64,000 nt of DNA from Bacteroidota bacterium (lineage in GTDB: Bacteria > Bacteroidota > Ignavibacteria > Kapaibacteriales > UBA961): positions 19,165 to 83,164 of the forward strand of contig JBMOIC010000008.1 of NCBI GenBank assembly GCA_049317525.1, given 5' to 3'. The notes beneath the pieces are model-generated. The model did no database searches, was not told the origin of the DNA, and worked only from the letters and a program-made list of their open reading frames with translations. This document shows positions 28,671 to 37,951 of the stretch, in pieces. Within the stretch, counting starts at the first letter, position 1. Each line of letters begins with the position of its first letter. The position numbers were made by a program, and so were the translations under genes.

Positions 28671-30851
28671 TTATCGTACTTCAGAACCAATAGAATCAAT
28701 TTCAGGAGCTATTAAACATAAGCTTCCATCAGCAGAATTTGCAGCCAATAACATACCTTGAGATTCATGTCCCATCAACTTTGCTGGAGCTAAATTTGCA
28801 ACAATCACTATTGTTTTTCCTAGCAAATCTTCGGGTTTATAATGCTTGGCTATACCAGCTAAGATTTGTCTTTTTTCTGTTCCAGTATCTACTTGTAATT
28901 TCACTAACTTTTCGCTTTTGGGAACAGCTTCTGCATGTATAATCTTAGCAGTTACTAGTTTAATTTTCTTAAAATCTTCAATCGTAATAAGATCTTCTTT
29001 TTTATCGATTATTTGTCCTGCATGCATTGCAGAAATCTGGGCATCAATCACAGAATCTTCCAGTTTATTGAATAAAATTGGTGGTATATGTATGTTTTGT
29101 CCTTGAGCCAAAACAGGAAATACCATTGTAGACCATATATCTTTTTTATCTGATTGATCTACGGAGCCTGTCATAGGAATTTGGCCTATACTTTCTGCAA
29201 GAACCGAAGCAGTATGCGGAATAATAGGAGCAAAAATTATACTAAGGGATCGTAATAATTGCGAGCATATATACAATGTTTTACCACATTCATCTGGATC
29301 ATTTTTAATAGTTTTCCATGGCTCAGTATCATTAAAATACTTATTAGCTGAACGGGTAATATTCATTGTTTCTGTTACTGCATCCCTGAATCTACATTGT
29401 TTATAATGCATTGAAACTTTATTCATTCCCGTATACAATGAAGCAATCATAGAAAAATCATGAGCAGAAAAATAGCGTACATGCTTTGATTCATAGAGGG
29501 AATGCAAGGTTTCTTTAGAGACTGTATGTGATTCTCTTTGAAAATCTTGAATTAATAATTCCCAAGCCTCATCTAGCTTTGAATAACGATCTGAAAGAAT
29601 AGGAACTGCACTAGAAAAGTTTTTTGATAAAAATTGAATAACTCTATTGATAAAATTTCCTGGTATCGCCGCTAATTCATTATTGGTTTTAGCTTGAAAA
29701 TCTTTCCATGTAAAGTCAGAGTCTTTTGTTTCAGGAAGATTATTCGCTAGAGCATATCTCAAAATATCAGCATTTGTTTTGCCAGGAAAATCCTTTTGAT
29801 AATCTTGTAAAAAGATGCCCCAATTTTGTGATTTTGAAAACTTTTTTCCTTCAAAATTCAGAAATTCATTTGCAGGCACATTCGTAGGTAAAATCATATC
29901 ACCTTTGGCCATTAAAAGCATAGGAAAAATCAAAGTATGAAATACGATATTGTCTTTACCTAAGAATGCTATATACTCTCTATCTTCATTATTAGGTTTG
30001 CTCCACCATGTTTTCCATTCTTCGGCAGAATATCCATGCTGTTTTGCCCAATGTTTTGTGGCAGAAATATAGCCAAGAACTGCTTCGAACCAAACATAGA
30101 TCACTTTTCCTTCAGCATTTGCAACTGGTACTGGAATACCCCATTTCATATCTCTGGTAGCTGCTCTATCATTTAAACCTTGTTTAAGCCAAGAACGACT
30201 TTGCTGAATGACATTATCTTTCCAATCTTTACTATGTGATTCTATATATTCTTCTAATTGCTTCTGGAATTCTCCCATTTTAAAATACCAATGCTTGGTA
30301 TTTTTAACAATCGGTTTTTCTCCAGTTAATATACTTATTGGGTTTTTTAGTTCAGTTTGATTATAAGTTGCACCACAACTATCACATTGATCGCCTCTGG
30401 CTCCTTCTTTTGAACAATGCGGGCATATTCCTTCAACATATCTATCTGGTAAAAACATCGATGCTTTTTCATCATAAAATTGTGGCTCTTCTTTTTCTAC
30501 CAAATATCCTTTTTCTAACCAATCCTTAAAGAATTCTTGTGCTGTTTCAAAATGATCTGGTAATGAAGTTCTAGAATAAATATCAAAACTTATCCCAAAA
30601 TCCTTAAATGCAGCCTCATTCATCGGATGATATTTATCTATAATTGCTTTAGGAGTTGTATGTTCTTTATCTGCACTAATTGTTATTGCAACACCATGTT
30701 CATCAGAGCCACATACAAAAAGGACTTCCCTTCCTTGTAATCGAAGAAATCTTGCATACATATCAGCAGGTAGATATGCTCCTGCTAAATGCCCCAAATG
30801 AATATAACTATTTACATAAGGTAAGGCTGCGGTAATAAGTGTTCTTGCCAT
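28671..30851 (-). CDS. metG: Methionine--tRNA ligase
   Basis: 726 aa. Has the HIGH-like YIHLGHLAG, KFSKS and a zinc knuckle (CPHCSKEGARGDQCDSCG). A C-terminal tRNA-binding (EMAP/Trbp111-like) domain is present. Confidence 0.95.
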   Translation of the reverse strand: MARTLITAALPYVNSYIHLGHLAGAYLPADMYARFLRLQGREVLFVCGSDEHGVAITISADKEHTTPKAIIDKYHPMNEAAFKDFGISFDIYSRTSLPDHFETAQEFFKDWLEKGYLVEKEEPQFYDEKASMFLPDRYVEGICPHCSKEGARGDQCDSCGATYNQTELKNPISILTGEKPIVKNTKHWYFKMGEFQKQLEEYIESHSKDWKDNVIQQSRSWLKQGLNDRAATRDMKWGIPVPVANAEGKVIYVWFEAVLGYISATKHWAKQHGYSAEEWKTWWSKPNNEDREYIAFLGKDNIVFHTLIFPMLLMAKGDMILPTNVPANEFLNFEGKKFSKSQNWGIFLQDYQKDFPGKTNADILRYALANNLPETKDSDFTWKDFQAKTNNELAAIPGNFINRVIQFLSKNFSSAVPILSDRYSKLDEAWELLIQDFQRESHTVSKETLHSLYESKHVRYFSAHDFSMIASLYTGMNKVSMHYKQCRFRDAVTETMNITRSANKYFNDTEPWKTIKNDPDECGKTLYICSQLLRSLSIIFAPIIPHTASVLAESIGQIPMTGSVDQSDKKDIWSTMVFPVLAQGQNIHIPPILFNKLEDSVIDAQISAMHAGQIIDKKEDLITIEDFKKIKLVTAKIIHAEAVPKSEKLVKLQVDTGTEKRQILAGIAKHYKPEDLLGKTIVIVANLAPAKLMGHESQGMLLAANSADGSLCLIAPEIDSIGSEVR

Positions 30852-30928
30852 GATCTTCTTTTATGTGTATACTTTTACTAAAATACAGTTTTTTACTAGA
30901 AGACAGAGAAGAGGAAATGTAGGAATAT

Positions 30929-30962
30929 AAAAAAAGGGTCTGATGCAAAAGCAACAGACCCC
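30929..30962 (-). terminator. Rho-independent terminator ending the OmpA-paralogue/DUF4397 transcription unit
   Basis: Minus strand reads ggggtctg-ttgcttttgcat-cagaccc followed by T7. Confidence 0.7.
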
Positions 30963-30981
30963 AAAAATATGCTTAAGTACA

Positions 30982-31674
30982 TTATCTATTTACTATTATT
31001 TGTGCACCTAAACCTGATACACCAGTTCCACCTAAGAAACCACTTGCAAACACTGTATATGCTTTGCCAGATTCAAATGTAATTCCTGTTAAAGGTAATG
31101 CCACTGTTGTTGTTCCAGCTACTTTAACATCAATATTATATGTACCTGCATCAACAGGCAAGAAAACATTTTGGGATGATGAAAATTGTCTATTAAATGA
31201 TCTATTTAAGAATAATGATGGACCATCTTTAACGGCCACATCAACTGCTGGCGCATTTGGTGATAAATGTAAAAAACGCACATGCGCTTTACCGGTAACA
31301 ACTGCTGGTATTGCATCTTCCACTAATAATAAAGAAATTTTACTTAATGAATCTAAAGCAAAAACAGAGTAGAATTTGGATTCTAGGAAAGGTATATCAG
31401 CGCTAAATAGTGATGTAGAGGACCCAGCAGGAAAAACTTTAATATTTCTTGTTCCAGCTGCAACAGAAACATATCCGCTATTATTAGGGAATGTTAAAGC
31501 ACTAGTACTAATTTTATTATTATCTACAGCAATATCAACACCAGGTGCATCAGGTGATGCATGCACTACCATTAATTTTGCATTTGTAGAATTTGCATCT
31601 GTACTAGAATCTGAACAAGATGAAGTGATTACTGAAATCATAAACGCTAAAAGAAACAATGAAAAACGTGTCAT
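30982..31674 (-). CDS. DUF4397 domain lipoprotein
   Basis: The ATG at 31674 gives MTRFSLFLLAFMISVITSSCSD (lipobox). Two DUF4397-type repeats are present (MVVHASPDAPGVDIAVD, RFLHLSPNAPAVDVAV). The ORF track start at 31728 is a TTG. Confidence 0.65.
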   Translation of the reverse strand: MTRFSLFLLAFMISVITSSCSDSSTDANSTNAKLMVVHASPDAPGVDIAVDNNKISTSALTFPNNSGYVSVAAGTRNIKVFPAGSSTSLFSADIPFLESKFYSVFALDSLSKISLLLVEDAIPAVVTGKAHVRFLHLSPNAPAVDVAVKDGPSLFLNRSFNRQFSSSQNVFLPVDAGTYNIDVKVAGTTTVALPLTGITFESGKAYTVFASGFLGGTGVSGLGAQIIVNR

Positions 31675-31755
31675 ATAAAAACTCATTAAACTAAAAAAAA
31701 TTGATAATCTCGAAATGATAACTTGCAATTGAACTTAAGAAGTTCCATAAATACT

Positions 31756-34443
31756 TTATTTTTTGATAAGTGTAAATTCTACTCGACGATTTTTTTCTCT
31801 TCCATTTTGTTCGTCATTACTTGCAATTGGCAAAGATTCTCCATAACCAATAGCATGTAATCTATATGTATTAATTCCTCTTTGAACCAGATATTCTAGA
31901 ACTGCTTCTGCCCTTTTACTAGATAATAATGCATTATCATTAGTTTTCCCAATAGCATCTGTATGAGCACTAATTTCTATCGAAACACTTGGATTATCTA
32001 CCATAAATGCTAATAGCTTTTCTAATTCAAGTGTACTTTCAGGTTTTAATGCCCATTGTTTCGATTCAAAAAAGATATTTTTTAAACTAAAACGCGTCCC
32101 CAATTCCGTTGCTTGTTCTATTGAAGAAATCATTATATCTTTTTGTAATGTATCGCCTCTCTGTACTTCCAAAGCAGATAATACAATAGGATGTGCTAGA
32201 TAATTTTGGGTATTTGGTGTCATTCGATATATACCTTTATCTGGAATTCTACAAAAATACGACCCTTGATCATCTGTTTTTGTATTACTAATAACTTGTA
32301 AATCCATATCATTTTCAATAAGAATATTACCAGAATGTGCATTTCCACTTTGATCAAGAATTCGCCCTTTGATATATTTTCCTAATGGTATTAATGAATA
32401 TTCTACAGCAATTGTATCTGATTCAGCCTGCCTTATAATAGGAATACTACATTGTTTACTTTCATATCCTTTGGAATGCAAGGTAAGATATAAAGTGTTA
32501 AGATGTGTAGCTTCAATAATAAATTCACCTTGATTCATTGTTAACTGTTGTTGCAAACCTTGCACAGAAACAGCGCCTTGAATAAGAGACCCAGACTCAT
32601 CAATAACTGTACCTTTCACATATATATCACCAGGAACAGGCCTTAATCTAATCATATAGCGTATATCTTGTTCTTTTGACACATCTTTAAGAACATCGAT
32701 AAAAGGTTGATTAATACTATATTCTTTTCCTAAACTTAGCCTTGTCATAATGCCACTATTATTATTCTCTTTATTAATCAGAGAATACAAACTACATCCA
32801 TATTTCCATAGTGCAGACAAAACCTGTATTTCTGAGAAATGTGCATTATCTTGAATACAGCAATCATCTGTTAATACGATAATATTTCTTTTGGCATTTG
32901 GACGAAACAGCATTTCTGTTGCTTTTATAATTGCGGTTGATGTAATTTCATCATTACCAATCGCATCTGCATCTTCAAAAAATGTGAGAAATTCCTGGAT
33001 ATCACTTGTTGGTTGTAAAGAACTGATGATTTCTTCTCCATATAAAATCCCCCCAATTCTAAAATCAATTCCTGCAGTTTTTAATGTTTTGGCAAATAAC
33101 ACTACATTCTTTCTTACATCCTTAATTTTCTTGCTCATGCTTCCTGAGCAATCCATTACAATCACATAATCTATTGGGACAATTATATCTTCCTTTTTTT
33201 CTTCTATAGATAGTATCTCGTATTTTTTATCTGTAATCACAAAATCAGATTGAGGAATTCCTTGAACTTGATCGCCTTTATCATTTACAATCTTCACACT
33301 CATCAAAATATCTTGATTGTAAATACTATCTGGCTTTATAGAAAGGATTTTCAATTCTGGATTTTTTGCTTTAATAATATATTGCGATGCACCAGAAACA
33401 AGAGAATTTCTTTGATATTGTGCATAATATTTATGATAAATTGAATCATAAAGATAAGCTGGATTTTGTGATAAATGCGTCAAAGTATCAGCCATAGCAG
33501 TATAATCACCACCATGATTTTTCATCGCATTCTCTATATATTCTGGAGATTCAGAATATGTTGCCTGCCATTCAAATGCAGAAGACGTGCACATAGCATC
33601 AACAGACCTAATATCGGATAAGGATATATCTTTTTGTTTAAGCGCAGATATTGAAGGCATTTTTGAAAAATTGAGTCTAAAAAGAGCTGTCGAAGCTGAC
33701 TGTTCATCTACCCCAGACCCAATAGATGGAATAATTCCAGTTGATACAAAGCCAAATGTAATTTCAGCCCCAATACGCAATACTTTACGAATTGGATTGA
33801 TTGTTATAGAGCCAATGATATGTTCTTGAATAAGATTGGCACTAGCCCCAATTTCAGTATTAATCGCATTACCAAAAAAAAGAGCAGAATCAGCACAATA
33901 TTGCAATCTAGCATGAACTGTAAGCCAATGTAATGGTGCAAAAGCACCCATTGCAGTGATAATATTTTGACTTTGCAATGGTGTAGTTGTATTATCTATA
34001 CCTAGTGAAGCAAAAAGATCGATTGAAGGTGAAAATAAAGCTGAAGCTGAGAATCGAATAGAATTACTTTTTGATTCAGTATATTTTATACTTCCACCAA
34101 TCCATAGATGATCTGATTGAATGGGTAATCCAAATCCAGCAAAGGCGCTAGTAGGGTTTGAAATGGACAGATTTTCTGAAGGTTTTTCTAAGCCGAAAGC
34201 ATAATTACCGATTTTAATAAAACCAGCATATCCATGTACTTTTCTAAAAGAAGCATCTAATGGCACAGCACCAAATATATCTACCCCAGAAATAACTCCA
34301 AGCATTGCAGGATTCCAAGCAACTGCTCCAGCATCATTTAATAATCCCAATTTTCGATTTGAAGTATAATCAGCAGAAAACTGAGCATTAAGATTAAACG
34401 TAAAGGATAGTACTATCAGAACAATTAAATTGAGTACCTTCAT
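31756..34443 (-). CDS. Multidomain envelope protein: signal peptide, beta-barrel-like N-domain, Ig-like region, vWA domain, two carboxypeptidase-regulatory-like domains and an OmpA_C peptidoglycan-binding domain
   Basis: 895 aa. vWA MIDAS motif VIVMDCSGSMS. CRD-like VKGTVIDESGSLIQGAVSV and IKGRILDQSGNAHSGNILI...TDDQGSYF. OmpA_C FESKQWALKPES...ISAHTDAIGKTNDNALLSSKRAEAVLEYL...GYGESLPIASND...NRRVEF. Confidence 0.7.
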   Translation of the reverse strand: MKVLNLIVLIVLSFTFNLNAQFSADYTSNRKLGLLNDAGAVAWNPAMLGVISGVDIFGAVPLDASFRKVHGYAGFIKIGNYAFGLEKPSENLSISNPTSAFAGFGLPIQSDHLWIGGSIKYTESKSNSIRFSASALFSPSIDLFASLGIDNTTTPLQSQNIITAMGAFAPLHWLTVHARLQYCADSALFFGNAINTEIGASANLIQEHIIGSITINPIRKVLRIGAEITFGFVSTGIIPSIGSGVDEQSASTALFRLNFSKMPSISALKQKDISLSDIRSVDAMCTSSAFEWQATYSESPEYIENAMKNHGGDYTAMADTLTHLSQNPAYLYDSIYHKYYAQYQRNSLVSGASQYIIKAKNPELKILSIKPDSIYNQDILMSVKIVNDKGDQVQGIPQSDFVITDKKYEILSIEEKKEDIIVPIDYVIVMDCSGSMSKKIKDVRKNVVLFAKTLKTAGIDFRIGGILYGEEIISSLQPTSDIQEFLTFFEDADAIGNDEITSTAIIKATEMLFRPNAKRNIIVLTDDCCIQDNAHFSEIQVLSALWKYGCSLYSLINKENNNSGIMTRLSLGKEYSINQPFIDVLKDVSKEQDIRYMIRLRPVPGDIYVKGTVIDESGSLIQGAVSVQGLQQQLTMNQGEFIIEATHLNTLYLTLHSKGYESKQCSIPIIRQAESDTIAVEYSLIPLGKYIKGRILDQSGNAHSGNILIENDMDLQVISNTKTDDQGSYFCRIPDKGIYRMTPNTQNYLAHPIVLSALEVQRGDTLQKDIMISSIEQATELGTRFSLKNIFFESKQWALKPESTLELEKLLAFMVDNPSVSIEISAHTDAIGKTNDNALLSSKRAEAVLEYLVQRGINTYRLHAIGYGESLPIASNDEQNGREKNRRVEFTLIKK

Positions 34444-34527
34444 CAGCCATCCACTTTATTTATACTTACTTTTCCCTAAATTAAGAAAGTACAATAAATA
34501 GATACCTTGTTATTATTTTTCGATCTA

Positions 34528-36150
34528 TCAAATATTTTTTGTCATAAATTCTACCCGCCTATTTTCTTGTCTTCCTTCATCTGAATCATTTGGTGCAATT
34601 GGATATTCTTCTCCAAATCCTTTTGCTTCTAATCGAGATGAATCAATACCCATTTCTATCAAAAAATCCACTACAGATTGAGCTCTTTTTTGTGATAAAA
34701 TTTGATTTGCTTTATTAGATCCAACATTATCAGTATGGGCATTTATCTGTATAGATAAATCAGGATTTTCTTCTAAATACTCATAAAGTCTAGTTAATTC
34801 TTCTGTGCTTTCTGGACGTAAATCCCATTTTGCTGAATCAAAAAATACAGATTTCAATGAAAACAGTTTAGAAGAACTTTGTACATCTGTCACCTCTGGG
34901 AATGGTGATTCAGAAGGTTCTTCTGGTATTGGAGCAGCTTCAGTTTTTTCTGTATCAGCAGGCTCTTCCTTAGGTTCAACAGGCGCAGGTGCAGGTTTAG
35001 GTTTACCTGAACTACTTTCAACACCACCAGAGCCACCTGATCCATTTCCATTTCCAGAGCCACTACCATTATTGATAATAATTTGAGATGGAGAACCAGA
35101 GCATCCTGAGCAATTAGCGCAACCAGGACAACATAAGCAAGTACAGTGTTGACAATGCTTTACAGATTTACAACATGAAATGCGCCCAGCTAAACAAGAA
35201 CTTTTAAGCTTTGGACAATTCTCACAAGGATTTTTAATACAGTGATGAATATCATGAACATTCATTTCACAGCATGATTGATCAATTTTACATGAAGGTA
35301 TTGGTGGGGTAGGTTCTCTATAATGATTTACAGACCACAAAGAATCATGATTTATACGTAAAAGAGCATTACCACCAGAAAAACGTCTATCTGGCGCATT
35401 AACAGTAGAAGCTTCATTTAATAAACCTAAAGAGAGTACATCGAATGCAATTTCAAGTCCAAATCTAGCCTGCCTAGCTTCAGGAATTGTAGAAAATGAT
35501 GCAACTATTTGTTTATGATTAAACGAAGTGCTTATTCCTAATTCACTTGCATATGCTTTATCATATAGGATCGCAGAATCTGGACAGAACTGCAATCTTC
35601 CATGAAGAGTAATCCAATCTAAAGGAGAATAAGAACCTGTTAAAGAATACACATGATTTTTTGTATCAACAGAATACATATTTGTCATACCAAGAGACAA
35701 ATAAAACTTCGGAATAGGATTATACATCAATGATCCCATATATCTTACTGTTCTACCACCAAACTCTGAGTATCTAAATGATGCCCCAATCCACCCATTA
35801 TATTTAGGGATTTTAACTCCCATTCCTCCATAAAAGCTAAATGGCTCAGATGATTGGTCAATAGTAGAATCCCTACCAGAAGTAAAACCAATAGAAACTC
35901 CATCGCTAGAAATAAAACCACCAATCATTCTTGTTGATTGAAATGAACGGTCATAAGGAATTACCAAAACAGCATCTGTTCTGGTAACTAATCCTAATAA
36001 AGCTGGATTCCATCCTACAGAAGTAGCATCGTTCATCAGGTTCATCCTACGATTTGTAAATCTGTCAGGAATAAACTGTGCTTTAGATATCTGAACAGAA
36101 CATATGCTAAATAATAAGCATCCAAGTAGTCTAATAATCCACTTGTTCAT
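34528..36150 (-). CDS. Paralogous envelope protein: signal peptide, beta-barrel-like N-domain, Cys/His-rich module, Gly/Ser/Asn tract, Pro/Glu-rich linker and OmpA_C domain
   Basis: 540 aa. The N-domain aligns by eye with the neighbouring 895-aa protein. Residues 287-350 contain 17 Cys. OmpA_C FDSAKWDLRPES...INAHTDNVGSNKANQILSQKRAQSVVDFL...GFGEEYPIAPND...NRRVEF. Confidence 0.7.
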   Translation of the reverse strand: MNKWIIRLLGCLLFSICSVQISKAQFIPDRFTNRRMNLMNDATSVGWNPALLGLVTRTDAVLVIPYDRSFQSTRMIGGFISSDGVSIGFTSGRDSTIDQSSEPFSFYGGMGVKIPKYNGWIGASFRYSEFGGRTVRYMGSLMYNPIPKFYLSLGMTNMYSVDTKNHVYSLTGSYSPLDWITLHGRLQFCPDSAILYDKAYASELGISTSFNHKQIVASFSTIPEARQARFGLEIAFDVLSLGLLNEASTVNAPDRRFSGGNALLRINHDSLWSVNHYREPTPPIPSCKIDQSCCEMNVHDIHHCIKNPCENCPKLKSSCLAGRISCCKSVKHCQHCTCLCCPGCANCSGCSGSPSQIIINNGSGSGNGNGSGGSGGVESSSGKPKPAPAPVEPKEEPADTEKTEAAPIPEEPSESPFPEVTDVQSSSKLFSLKSVFFDSAKWDLRPESTEELTRLYEYLEENPDLSIQINAHTDNVGSNKANQILSQKRAQSVVDFLIEMGIDSSRLEAKGFGEEYPIAPNDSDEGRQENRRVEFMTKNI

Positions 36151-36203
36151 AAATATATCTCTAGTTCATTGTACAACTTTATAATAATCAGCAAACTTCT
36201 TCA

Positions 36204-36211
36204 CAAAAATA
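36204..36211 (-). promoter_or_regulatory. Candidate FCB-type -7 promoter box (TAttTTTG on minus strand) upstream of the Cys-rich OmpA paralogue
   Basis: Plus strand caaaaata, 54 nt upstream of the ATG at 36150. Confidence 0.3.
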
Positions 36212-36259
36212 ACTCACACAACTTTAATATATACTAGATACCTCAATTGCATATGTATA

Positions 36260-37921
36260 TTAATGGGAACCATGTACAACTGTTTTGGAATGAAGCAACT
36301 GTTTGTAATGTTCGGAACTTAGCAGAAGTGCTGTTTTTTTCAATAAGGCGTCTTTTTCCACTTTAAATTCACCCATTTTTTTTTCAGAAAGAAATCTACT
36401 AAGAATTTGTTCTGATAATAATTCAAGCACTTCTTTTTTACCTTTTAGCAAAGACTTTTTAATATCCTTTACGGCAAAAGTCTTGATATTCTCTATTGAA
36501 TGAACATATTGTTTTGAATACCCATTTTGTTGGGCCACAAATATAGAATTATTCAGTGAAGCATATGGCTCTGGAAAAATAATTGTTGATTGATTAGTTA
36601 ACCATTTTATAAATTTTGTAAAATCAATTTCTTTGGCTTGCCAATTAGCTGGCAAACTATCTAAAGAAGAACAATAAAAAGAAGCAAATCTAAAAAATAC
36701 ATTTTGTTTATCTAAAGCTTTTATGATTGGATAAGAATTACGAGAAATTACATTTGTATCAGGTGCAATGCCATGCCTAGCCTTCACGATACGCCCAGAC
36801 TTAGTATAAAATACTGCATCTTTTTCTGCTGTAACACTATCAGATATTTCACTTTTAGATACCAATTTTTGTATACATCTTCCTGATGGAGTATAATATC
36901 TGGCAGTTGTTAATTTCAAGGCTGTTTCGCCAGGAAGATTAAGAATACTTTGCACTAAACCTTTACCATAAGACTGTTCACCTATAATTATACCTCTATC
37001 TAAATCCTGAAAAGCTCCTGCTAAAACTTCACTGGCACTTGCACTTTCGCCATTAATTATAATAGAAACTGGAATATCTGGTTCAATTGGTACTGATTGA
37101 GATGTATATACTCTTTCATCATCTCTGGTTCTTCCTTTAGTGAGAACTATCGGAGAATTTTGCGGTAAAAATATATCGCAAACACCTACTGCAGATTCTA
37201 ATAAGCCGCCTGGATTATCTCTTACATCTATAATAATTCCTGCTAATCGAGGATTTTTTCTTCTGAAAGACATCACAGTTCTTTTTACTTCATCGGGTGT
37301 TGAAGTTGAAAATCTTTGAATATGTATATATCCAATACTATCGTTTATAAAGCCAGAATACCCTAAAGATTGAATTTTTATTGATTCTCTTACTAAAGTT
37401 AATCGTATTGTATCTTGCCGGCCATCCCTTAATAAAGCAATTCTTACTTTTCCGCCAATTGGACCTCGTGTAAATTTTCTGATGATATTTGTAGTATCAT
37501 AAAGAACATGCAATGAGTCTATCATAAGAATATGATCCCCAGACCTCATGCCGCTTCTTTTGGCGGAATAACCATCATATAATTCAGCTATCGTTAATTT
37601 TCCATTCATGATGCCAACTACCATTCCAAAACCTGCATAGGAATTTGTAGTTAATAATTCATAATCATCGCCTTCATTGTTTTCTAAAACTTCTGAATAT
37701 GGATCCAAATCTTCTAACATAGCTTTTGTGCTATTCTTAACAATGTATAGTGGATCTATTTCATCTACATAGTGTAAAGTAACTTCTTTAAAAACCGAAC
37801 CATATAATTCCAAGGCTTGCGATATTTTTAAAAACATCGATTGGTCTGGACTTTTAAAAGAAGCAAGTCCTATGGAACCAAGAATTAATATTATCGATAA
37901 TATGATAAGTGATTTACGCAT
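36260..37921 (-). CDS. S41 family C-terminal processing (tail-specific) peptidase with PDZ domain
   Basis: Has GESASASEVLAGAFQDLDRGIIIGEQSYGKGLVQS (catalytic Ser/Lys region) and the PDZ-like GFGMVVGIMNGKLTIAEL..SGMRSGDHIL. The ATG at 37921 gives MRKSLIILSIILILGS. Confidence 0.85.
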   Translation of the reverse strand: MRKSLIILSIILILGSIGLASFKSPDQSMFLKISQALELYGSVFKEVTLHYVDEIDPLYIVKNSTKAMLEDLDPYSEVLENNEGDDYELLTTNSYAGFGMVVGIMNGKLTIAELYDGYSAKRSGMRSGDHILMIDSLHVLYDTTNIIRKFTRGPIGGKVRIALLRDGRQDTIRLTLVRESIKIQSLGYSGFINDSIGYIHIQRFSTSTPDEVKRTVMSFRRKNPRLAGIIIDVRDNPGGLLESAVGVCDIFLPQNSPIVLTKGRTRDDERVYTSQSVPIEPDIPVSIIINGESASASEVLAGAFQDLDRGIIIGEQSYGKGLVQSILNLPGETALKLTTARYYTPSGRCIQKLVSKSEISDSVTAEKDAVFYTKSGRIVKARHGIAPDTNVISRNSYPIIKALDKQNVFFRFASFYCSSLDSLPANWQAKEIDFTKFIKWLTNQSTIIFPEPYASLNNSIFVAQQNGYSKQYVHSIENIKTFAVKDIKKSLLKGKKEVLELLSEQILSRFLSEKKMGEFKVEKDALLKKTALLLSSEHYKQLLHSKTVVHGSH

Positions 37922-37951
37922 GAAGCAATGAAAAGTATCTAAAAATATCAA

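Noticed and set aside
31064-31678. Two roughly 100-aa plus-strand ORFs antisense to the DUF4397 gene
   Set aside because: They mirror the Ala/Val/Thr/Ser-rich coding strand and give low-complexity products. They have no start context or promoter and are fully contained in a gene with recognisable domain repeats.
34805-35086. 93-aa plus-strand ORF antisense to the Pro/Gly-rich linker of the Cys-rich OmpA paralogue
   Set aside because: This is an artefact of the GC-richer low-complexity linker, where there are few stops on the opposite strand. The product is itself low-complexity (GSSG, PEPP).
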